Assembly: GCA_964016885.1 (NCBI GenBank)
Contig: OZ024751.1
Location: 3,100,001 to 3,164,000 of the forward strand
Length of the DNA: 64,000 nucleotides
Source: Eledone cirrhosa
Lineage: Eukaryota
Direction: 5' to 3'
Positions 30,441 to 40,320 of the stretch are shown here, in pieces. Under the pieces are notes generated by a model. That model saw only the letters and a list, made by a program, of their open reading frames with translations, had not been told where the DNA came from and did no database searches. The first letter of the stretch is position 1; each line of letters starts with the position of its first letter. Made by a program: the position numbers and the translations under genes.

Positions 30441-31174
30441 ATATTTTACTTGATCTTATTTTATCTTTAGCTTAATAATTAGTAAGTAAGTTATATTATT
30501 CCCAGACACTATTATTTTCGAAATGATTTGAACATTATTGCCATTAGAAATATGGTAAAAGAGACTAGTTAAATAATCGTGTGTGTTAATAGACATTTAA
30601 GATTAGTGTTTGTCTGGTTGAGTATTCCAATGACAAACGACAATCATGCGGATTAAATATTCTCATATTTTTCTCATTTATGACAAGTAAAACAAACAAA
30701 CATACTTACAGATATTATGAGTCTCTTCTCTTTCTTTCGTTCTGTCTTTCATTTCTCCTTTCTTTCCATTCTCTTCAGGCGTTACTTCACTTTCTCAAAA
30801 ATCTCCATACATTCCAATATATTCTTTACTTTAACAACGTCCGTTAAAAATAAAAAAGATTCCTATAATTTTTCTTCAGAATTTTAAAGTTTTTAACTAC
30901 AAATCCTCTTTGCATCGGTAAGATGTCCTAAATGTCTTCGGATATTAATTTTTTTTTTGTCCCATAAAAGCAAAATAGTATGTTTGTCATTTCTTATATT
31001 TTATTTTTTTTTAGGATTTCGGATTTTTTGTTGTTCATGGTATTTTTTTTTAATTTTGCGTTCATTAATATAATTATTTGTTTTTTTTGTGTTTATTTTA
31101 ATCTTGCTGCAGCTGTTGTTGTACTTGTTGTTGTTGTTGTTTTTGGTGGTGGTGATGATGATGTTGTTAGACGT

Positions 31175-31429
31175 TTATTTCAGCGGTACGTTTCCATAGT
31201 TAGCCGGGTCGCACCAAGCATAGAAGTTACTTGTAGGCCAAGATGCTGGCAATGCTGTAGCCGCTACCGCACAATTGCGCATGACAGCACGGTGGTTTCC
31301 GGCAAACATAGGCCAGCTAGTACTTGGCAGTGTAGTGTTGGGTCCGTTACATACTGGCATCAGGTTTTCACGTGGAGAGTCCATGTAGTCAGGCACCCGT
31401 TCGGCAGCAGGATTTGTTACTGCATTTAG
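31175..31429 (-). CDS. Candidate terminal coding exon of an unidentified host gene (84 codons plus stop)
   Basis: Acceptor tctctgtatttgtcag, then open frame LNAVTNPAAERVPDYMDSPRENLMPV...WPTSNFYAWCDPANYGNVPLK*; GC-richer than the AT-rich unique flanks; AATAAA downstream. Confidence 0.45.
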   Translation of the reverse strand, partial: LNAVTNPAAERVPDYMDSPRENLMPVCNGPNTTLPSTSWPMFAGNHRAVMRNCAVAATALPASWPTSNFYAWCDPANYGNVPLK

Positions 31430-32535
31430 CTGACAAATACAGAGATATTGGTATCAGTGTTGCGATATTCGTTGCCATAGAAACAGATTGCAAAACTTAA
31501 TATACAGACACACTATCCTTAGACACTAAGATTATGTCTCCATCTAAATCTATTTATCTATTGAATGTTAGACGATTAAAAGAGCCATCCCATCATTCAT
31601 TTATTCACTCATTTTTACCAAATATTATATAATTAGTAAAAATAAAATAGTTTGTTCGTGTGGAGGAGGTTAAAATCTGACGTTTCGGAAATTTGTTCTT
31701 CCTCGTAGCAAAAAAAAAGATGCTCTTAGCACGGTGGATAATATCGTTTTAGCGACCGTGCTAATATATAAATATTAAACTCATTTATCACTTTGACAAA
31801 ATACGATTTTCGAAACGTCAATATCACCACTACCCACCTACCCTCACAGAAAGCTAATTATTGTAGAGTCATTTTTATTTTTTTATTTTCGAACTTTTAT
31901 AAGTTATCTTTGGCCGATGTATATTACTAATAATTTTCTTAGATCCCAAATCTTACCTGCCAAACTACAGTTCTTACTATATTAAGTACTACTTCCTATT
32001 TAAATTATAACTGAGCAAAGGTTCTTACATAAAATTATGATGGAAGGTATTTAGATGAATAAACACTTTAAACCTTCCTTTACCATATTTCTAATTAAAG
32101 ATTTTATGATGATCAAGTAATATTCCATTCATGACCAACTACAAAGGTTTTATAATATATATCTTACAACGTTGCCCATTCACAAAAAAAAAGCAATTTA
32201 ATATTTTTTAAACGTTTTACTAACAATATTTCTAAACAATGGCTTACACACAGACACAAATAAAAAATATATAACTCTATTTTTTCTTCCATTTACAAGA
32301 CTGGTTGTTGGTGTTTTTACTAAGACTATAATACTCAGGGTTCTTCAGGTCGAACATATTTTTGAATTACATTTTAATTATTTTAATTCATTTGAAATGT
32401 TTCGACTTATATATAAATTATGCTTTAAAAAAAAATTCTTTCTTTTCTCTATCATTGTCTACTATTATCAGAATCGGTAGAGCAACGGTCAAAATATATA
32501 ACATCTAGTTACGGTCATGTTTGATCTTAGTTCAG

Positions 32536-32538
<3 letters not shown>

Positions 32539-32611
<73 letters not shown>

Positions 32612-32616
32612 ATGTG

Positions 32617-32697
<81 letters not shown>
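32539..32697. repeat. (CT)n + (TA)n microsatellite
   Basis: Direct inspection. Confidence 0.95.
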
Positions 32698-32699
<2 letters not shown>

Positions 32700-32804
32700 A
32701 TAAAGATAGATATGTGTTCCGAAGAGATTGTTTTGGTAAAAACAGGAGCAAGCGGGAGAAAGCTCTCAACAATCGCAGTTTTTAGTTACGATGGAGATTT
32801 TTTA

Positions 32805-32903
32805 TAAAAATAACAAAATAAGATGTTGAGGTTACATAAATCGTTTAATCATTAATGATTAAACGATTTATGTAACTTCAGCACCTTGTTTTGTTATTTT
32901 TTT
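32805..32903. repeat. Spacerless ~100-bp palindrome
   Basis: ..GTTACATAAATCGTTTAATCATT|AATGATTAAACGATTTATGTAAC.. Confidence 0.85.
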
Positions 32904-33144
32904 AAAGATAGATAAATAGATAGATATGTATATATATATATGGGCATATATACATATACATATAAAGATAGATTAACAGGCACACACATAGAAAAGTTCT
33001 ATCTCAGTTGCTTCTCTGATTTGCCTACCTGTAGAGTCATTTCTATGCTTATTTTAATTTGTTAGATATTATTTTAGTTTCTATGTTGTCCATATTACCG
33101 TCATGTATTTGTCTGACGTGTTCATATAGTACTGAACCGTTTGT

Positions 33145-33500
33145 TTGTCCTATGTAGTCTATAGCATAAGATGTACAGAGGGTACTTGCAGAAACATGAC
33201 AACGACATACATAGGCGAGTCAGCAGGAAGCATAGGAGAAAGAATAGACCAACACGGGGGGGAACTAAAAGGACAAAAAATGGTTCAGTACTATATGAAC
33301 ACGCTAGACAAAGACATGACGGTAATATAGACAACATACTAGTTAAAATAATATCTAAGCATAGCAATGACTCAACAGGTAGGAAAATCAGAGAAGCAAC
33401 TGAGATAGAACTAAGAATACCAAAGTTATACAGAAAGAACGAGTGGAATAACAACAACCATACCCAAACAAACAATACTGACTTAAGGGAAATATAAATA
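33145..33500 (+). pseudogene. PLE GIY-YIG endonuclease C-terminal fragment, frameshifted (family distinct from the three long copies)
   Basis: VVYSIRC...C....YIGESAGSIGERIDQH; SVLYEHARQRH; RKIREATEI..PKLYRKNEW. Confidence 0.85.
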
Positions 33501-33654
33501 AATAAATAAATATATACACAAGTACAATAACAACAAACACATATAAACACACACTAGTGAACAAAGATAGAATACAAAAACAAATACACACATACACTCA
33601 AACGCGAACACACACCAAATATACACACACGCAAACGCATGCGTAGAGATAGAG

Positions 33655-33708
<54 letters not shown>

Positions 33709-33860
33709 ATATAGTAAGAAACACAGTAAACCGTGTGTCTAAAATTACAAAGGGTTGAAAAACCACATATGCTTGAAATATTTAACCAAGAAACAGACAG
33801 GATGACAAAATGAAAATAGAAATATATTATCATAATACAAACCGCCTCAATAACCATTAT

Positions 33861-33942
33861 ATCTCTCGGACAGATTATCCCTAATCTGTTTCGCCCTGAG
33901 TGTGTTTGTAACAGATAATCCTGGGCTTCATCAGCGAGAGAT
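33861..33942 (-). ncRNA. Type I hammerhead with three well-formed helices
   Basis: ATCTCTCG-CTGATGA-A-GCCC..GGGC-GAA-ACAGATTA GGGA TAATCTGT-C-CGAGAGAT; GUC triplet, predicted cut between 33869 and 33868. Confidence 0.88.
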
Positions 33943-34313
33943 TACAATTAAATGTCACAAACACTATTTGCCAACGTTCACACAGAAAGATGAATTTATC
34001 ACCTCGTGCGCCGCCAGTCAAACGTGGTAAGCGCGTATTGAACAGAAATAACAGTCCAACACGCACAACTTAATAGCTCATCCTGTAAGAGAGCCGAAAT
34101 ATATATATAGGATAGAATATATATATAGGATAGAAAACGAAAAATCAGCGATGCATCTGAACTCAATTTATTGGGTGTTACAATTGTTTCGCCGGCGGGC
34201 AGCTCGAGACGCGATCATTATGTGGATCTGTTTGATTCTGGGCCCGCAGTTTCGACGGACACGTCTAATGTTTAATTAAAACCATTTTGAAGACTTTACG
34301 CTATTGTTTTAAA

Positions 34314-34411
<98 letters not shown>

Positions 34412-34541
34412 ATTTCAGAGCACCAATTCTAATTTTCAATTTTTGCTGGACCGGCAACCGCTCTGTATATTCAGTTCCTGGTTATTACTGGAATTCTATA
34501 AGAATCCAACATTCATAATTTTCAGCAGACAGGAGGAGTGC

Positions 34542-34590
34542 TGAGCTTTGATAAGTACCAACAAGTACGAAACAGCGCTCTGTCAGCTTA
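34542..34590 (+). ncRNA. Type I hammerhead, U3-A8 core variant, extended helix I
   Basis: TGAGCT-TTGATAA-GTAC CAACAA GTAC-GAAA-CAG CGCT CTG-TC-AGCTTA; helix I extends via 34519-34538 pairing with 34592-34611. Confidence 0.82.
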
Positions 34591-34728
34591 TCTCCTCTTG
34601 TTTGCTAAAAATAGAAGTAAATGACATTGTCAATACTTTAAAACAATAGCGTAAGGTCTTCAAAATGCTTTTAATTACACTATATACATTCATATATATA
34701 TCGCTATTTCAGCACAAATTCTAATTTT

Positions 34729-34793
<65 letters not shown>

Positions 34794-34932
34794 TGTATAT
34801 ATATATATATATATATAAGTTTAGGAATAACCAAAGAGTGCTTAGAAATACATTGTTTTATTTGCTAACAGTGTTTCATACATACCCTATGGCAGGATTC
34901 ATCAAAGCTTATCAAAGGTTGCAGGCTCCACC

Positions 34933-34977
34933 AAGCTGATGATTCCTGCCATAGGGTATGGATGAAACACTGTTAGC
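34933..34977 (+). ncRNA. Hammerhead core in 5' pLTR (mirror copy ~34864-34910 on minus)
   Basis: CTGATGA-TTCC TGCC ATAG GGTA T GGAT-GAAAC-ACT-GTT-AGC; the helix I strand GCT survives only in the mirror arm. Confidence 0.6.
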
Positions 34978-35242
34978 AAATAAAACAATGTATTTCTAAG
35001 CACTCTTTGGTTATTCCTAAACTTATAACGGCTCTGTAGTATACTAGTTATCCTACATTGAGCTAAAACCACACTGTCATACCAAGGGCAATATATTGCT
35101 TGTCTGTGCACATTGATATACTTGTCAACGAAACTATAACGGCTCCCCTTGGGTTGAGCTAAAATATATAACCCCTGTACGCATATATGTATTTGTAGAT
35201 CGATACAATTATAGTCGCACACTGGTGTATAAACTTGACAAT

Positions 35243-37779
35243 ATGCTAACCAAGGACGATCTCCTTTTGTCACTCAAGAACATTCCCATCTCATCTAAGA
35301 ATACCTACGAGAGATTGCTCGTAGCTAGCGTGAACTCATTTGTTAAAAGATTAAGGTGGTGTGCTTTCCACTATGATAGGAACCGGGATAGCCCTCAGCA
35401 AGCAACCCGGGTGGATAGATATGGATTCAAGACTTACAAGAGTCCACCGCATAATAGCAGTCTGGAGGGCTTTGAAAATGACCTACTAAACCTTGTAAGG
35501 AATATTAGATATAGGAATAAATGCCATAGGAAGAACCAATTCCGTAGAGATCTTAGCTCTATTATTAAAGGCTTTGAGGAAAATGATAGCATTCTCGTCC
35601 CCTCAGATAAAACAAAAATATATATAACTTAGACTATAGGACTTACAGAAACTTCATATACAAGGAACTCCATAGAAATTATAAGAAAACTTCCTACGAT
35701 AACCTAGACGAGATAAATAAGAAAGGGCTTGAAATTGTTAAAATGCTGAATCTGGAAAGGTACACCCAACTATTCACCCCTAAACAACCCAGATTCACAC
35801 TGAAGTATCACAAGGAGGACTTTATTAGTAACCCCTCAATTAGGCTCATTAGCCCCTCTAAGTCTGACCTAGGGATAATAAGCAAGAGAATTTTAGATGC
35901 CGTGATCCCTGTTGTAAGAAGTAAAGTTTACCTTGACCTATGGGGTAATACGGAGGAGGTCATTAAATGGTTCTCAAGCATTAGTAACCATAATTCCCTG
36001 AAGTTCATCCAATTTGACATTAACTCCTACTACACTTCCATCTCTCCCATCCTTCTAAATAAGGCCCTTATATTAGCTATACAAAATAGTGACCTGACTA
36101 TCCTTGATGCTCGGAGAACTATCATCCTCTTCGAGGAGCAACTTTGGACCCGGAAGAACACGCCAAATAACTTCGATATCACAATGGGGTCCAGTGATTC
36201 GGCACAGGTCACTGATTTGGTTGGACTACATGAACTACATAAGACATTCCCGCATTTCAGAGGCGGGCTGTACCGTGATGACGCCCTATTCACTATTGAA
36301 TATAAAAAACATAATATAGAAAGGACGAGAAAAGACCTACATAAATTCTTCAAAAGCTTTAACCTTAGTATAACGATAGACATAAATAATAAAACGGTTA
36401 ACTTTCTAGACGTAACCCTGGACCTGGAAAATAAATACTTCTTACCCTATCACAAGCCAGATGAAACACTAACATACGTAGATGCCAATTCCAACCACCC
36501 TAGATCTGTCCTAAATGCCATAATTAAAGGAGTATCCAATAGGATTAGCAGACTATCACATAATGAGGATGCATTTAGGTTTAATGCAAGGTACTATAAT
36601 AAGGCACTAGCAAAGTCCGGTTTTAGAGAAAAAATATACTATATACCTAACAACTCCCAAACCACCAGTGCCGGACCATATAATGTAATCACGCACAATA
36701 TGGCTTTGCCTAATAGAAGCAGATACAAAAATAGGAACAATATGGGTGCAATAAGCGGCTCTGACCAACCCCAACCGACTCCATCTAACACGCGTCCTCG
36801 GTGTAGGAATAATACTAACAGCAGGATAAAAGCTAGAAACTCGAGATACAATAGGAACGAGAGGGAAACCAGCGACCCCCCTCCAGGTAAGGTTACCACC
36901 CCAGGTTCTCTCTGCCACAGAAGGGAGGGGTCTACGCGCGGTGCTAACTCTTCCCCCAGTACGAAAAATAGAAAAAAAAGACGAAGATTTAATTTCTACT
37001 TTAATCCACCTTACAACTCGGAGGTATCAACCAATATACCAAAGGCATTCTTTCCGATCTTGGACCCCCCCCCCCCCGGTAGTAAATACCATAGCATCAT
37101 TAATAAAAACACAGTTAAGCTATCATTCTCCACCACTCCAAACTTAGCTCGTCACCTAGCCCTAACGAACAAAAAAAAAATTAGAAAGGGTTTCGATACC
37201 ATTGCAGCTGCGGCACACCCGCAGCCACTAGATGGACCTGATGCGGCGTCACCCAGAAATACTATCCACACATCTGATGTACGGTTGCCAAATCAGGGAC
37301 ATACGGAAAACCAACCATCTCCTGTACTGCAGAGTGACATACACCGCAAATGTAACTGCAGACGAAAGGTTGAGTGCCCCCTGAAGGGGCTATGCCTTAT
37401 AAACAATATTGTCTACGCTTGTGAAGTTACAACTCGGACCTCTTCCAAAACATATATAGGATCTACATTGACCTCCTTTAAGACTGGATACAACTCCCAT
37501 CGCTATACATTTAGACATGATAAACTTAAGAATACCACATCCTTAGTTAGTTACATATCCCTCCTGAAGAACACCAATATTCAATACACGCTTAGTTGGA
37601 GAATTATCACTAAATCATCGCAGTACAAATCCCCTAGCAAGACTTGTGACCTTTGTCTCTCTGTGTCACATGCCATAATATACTCCAAACTGAACCTGTT
37701 AAATGGGAAATCGTAAATATTCTTTTCTTGCCCGCATATAAATCTTAGCTCCTTCTATTACTTTAAACCAATTAGCTAA
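35243..37779 (+). pseudogene. Full-length PLE ORF (RT, Cys linker, GIY-YIG), frameshift ~35615-35630 and in-frame TAA at 37714
   Basis: [85 protein letters not shown]. Confidence 0.92.
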
Positions 37780-38769
37780 CGCTGTAGGATATGCACACCT
37801 CCCTTCTATCAGACCTACGTAAAACCACGCCACCCTTGATCCTGGTTCCTCTGTTACCATAACTGCCCTTCAAGTGTATATAGGCTCGTCTCCTATTTTA
37901 TTTCTCTCTTTCCTTCTCTCTTATTATTTTTTCTTCCTCTTTTACCTTAATTCATCTTTTTTACCTTAAGCCAATAATCCATAGGGTACAACCTACTTAA
38001 GGCTTTTCACTATACCAAGCACAGTTTGACCCTATACAGGCACCTACCCATACTAACCAAAGGGATATGGTTTATAAACATACCCATTGTGCGCTGACCG
38101 ATAGCACAGCCAAATAGTTTGTCGAAAGCCCAACAAACTCCGCCGCAGCTATAAGGCAGATGACTTGGGCATCTGGGGTCCAGATAGCCTTGACCTTAGG
38201 GTGTGAGATAGATCCAACATAGTATAGGGAACAATACGAGCAAATCGAGTGGACTAAGTGCCACAGGATCGATCAAACCCCAGAAGGAATGGGTAATTGG
38301 TCGCTGAAGGGTTTAAATCGATCAAAGGATTTTCCCCAAGCGTCCCGGGGATATCTAGTGAATCCGCCCTTTATGACGCGAATTGCCTCCCATACTTTTC
38401 ATAAGCACACAACAACTTGCTGAGTTTGTATTTTGACAACCGTTGTGTGTTATTATCGAGAGGATAACTTTTGAAATTGTGGAATATGGATTGTGCTGCA
38501 AATATGATGAATTATAGAACCACACTCAAAGCAGTGTGCGACGGTTGGTATTGACTTCCAGCCGACCCAGAAGGGGTTACACCCAACTGTGAAAGGTTTG
38601 CTACCTTCGGATTCAGTGATCTACACGAAAACCACGTGGCGGACTTGTAAACAACATAGTTGTTATTAACAGTTTTAGCCGTGAGTTTACTATATATATT
38701 CTACAGTACTTGCACACACAGAAATTTTGCACTCACTCTAATAAACCCGCTTAACCGAGAATCTCCAAG

Positions 38770-39104
38770 AGATATGTGAAATACTGAACGAACAGTACAA
38801 AAGTGTATTCACATGTCCACTGAGGCACATGCAAATAACAAAGCCAGAGGAGTTTTTTGATGCCTCAACACTACATGAAGAAATGGCGACCATCAACCAC
38901 ATAGACATAACGGAGGAGGATGTGGTATACGCCATAGATGAAATTAGAACAGACTCAGCTGCTGGACCTGATGGATTCCCAGCAGTCCTCTTAAAAACAT
39001 GTAAGCGGGCCTTAGCAACTCCACTGAAGATGCTCTTCAGAAGCTCCTTGGCTAGCGGTATACTACCCAGGGAGCTGAAAGAAGGCACAATATGCCCTAT
39101 CCAT
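38770..39104 (+). mobile_element. CR1/L2-group LINE ORF2 internal fragment
   Basis: EILNEQYKSVFT..ITEEDVVYAIDEIRTDSAAGPDGFPAVLLKTC..LATPLKMLFRSSLASGILP..ICPIHK. Confidence 0.82.
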
Positions 39105-39300
39105 AAATATACTAATAATAATATTACAGTTTGCCTATCATGACTTAAGATAATACATCATAAATTGTTGATTTATGATGTATTATCTTAAGTCATGATA
39201 GGCAAACTGTAATATTATTATTAGTATATTTCTATCTAGCTAACTTGGTCATTTACAATACAAACATAAATATGAGGATATTTGTGTTTATCAAATATAT
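39105..39300. repeat. Perfect hairpin (39105-39231) plus tail, truncating the LINE fragment
   Basis: ~60-bp arms, short loop. Confidence 0.85.
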
Positions 39301-39321
39301 TGATTTGTGTTAACCTATATA

Positions 39322-39860
39322 TATATGTATAAATATTTCGTATCTCCAAAATATACTTTTGTCGTCAGTGTAAATGAGGTGATTAAGCCTGAAATGCATA
39401 GACGGTTGTCCCCGTTGCTTCTGCTGGACATCACCAGAGGTATTAGCCCCCCCCCCCCCCCCCCCGTATTTCCTTGGAGATACGAAATATTTATACATAT
39501 TGTATTTAGCTATGCTTGAACCGAAATCTTATTTCTTTTTTTATTATAAGTTGAGCCAACTTATGCAGCTTCATATGCAAATGAGATTAATCACCTCATT
39601 TACACAGACGAGAAAAGTATATTTTCTCGCCTGTCTTCTAGTTCAGCAGTCGCAAGCGTTGGGTGGGACTGTCCTGACGAAGGCCAGTTAGCCTGAAATG
39701 CATAGACGGTTGTCCCCCTTACTTCTGCTGGACATCACCAGAGGGCGTTAGCCCCCCGGTGTTTGCATAGCTACGGCTTCCTAAAATCGTATTTCCTTGG
39801 AGATACGAAATATTTATACATATTGTATAAAGCTATGCTTGAAGCGAAATCCTATTTCCG

Positions 39861-39865
<5 letters not shown>
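39322..39865 (+). mobile_element. Small non-coding PLE-like unit in partial tandem, with inverted 5' pieces
   Basis: 39387-39535 repeats at 39691-39860. 39322-39348 and 39349-39386 are inverted copies of 39475-39500 and 39586-39625. Confidence 0.75.
39669..39709 (+). ncRNA. Minimal type I hammerhead, palindromic helix III
   Basis: CTGTC-CTGACGA-AGGC CAGTTA GCCT-GAAA-TGCA-TA-GACGG; AUA triplet, predicted cut after 39704. Confidence 0.85.
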
Positions 39866-39895
<30 letters not shown>

Positions 39896-39897
39896 AT

Positions 39898-40320
39898 AAC
39901 AGGAGGCTGGACTGGTGTAAATCCTTGAAAGGTTTATTATACTATGATCATTTCAATGACCGGGTTCCATATGAATCCGGTGATATCATCGGGTATTCGA
40001 AATATAACAAAGGAATATGTAAAAACCATGGGTCCGAAAAATCAGAGACAGAGAGGACGACTGACCAACTAGCTGCCTTCACCTCGGCCAGTCGCCTTCA
40101 AAGTGCAAATAGACTATAATTATTTTAAAATCCCAGTTAGTCAGCCTAGTTGGTCAGTCGTCCTCTCTGTCTCTGATTTTTCGGACCCATGGTTTTTACA
40201 TATTCCTTTCTTATATTTCGAATACCTGATGATATCACCGGATTCATATAGAACCCGGTCATTCAAATGATCATAGTATAATAAACCTTTCAAGGATTTA
40301 CACCAGTCCAGCCTCCTGTT
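39898..40320. repeat. Inverted repeat (arms ~39898-40072 / 40146-40320) starting at a TA run
   Basis: Mirror ORFs share RRLDWCKSLKGLLYYDH; no canonical hammerhead found. Confidence 0.88.

Larger units (their letters stand above)
34814..38150 (+). mobile_element. Neptune-type Penelope-like element with inverted 5' pLTR hairpin
   Basis: Palindrome 34814-35027 starts at (TA)n, followed by leader, ORF and pyrimidine-rich 3' UTR; 3' boundary uncertain. Confidence 0.88.

Noticed and set aside
31676-31822. Two GAAACGTC half-hammerhead motifs on opposite strands
   Set aside because: CUGANGA cores are broken and helix I is absent; at most old relics, not called.
38150-38740. Moderately GC-rich stretch after the PLE 3' UTR
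   Set aside because: No ORF, motif or repeat partner I can support; left unannotated.
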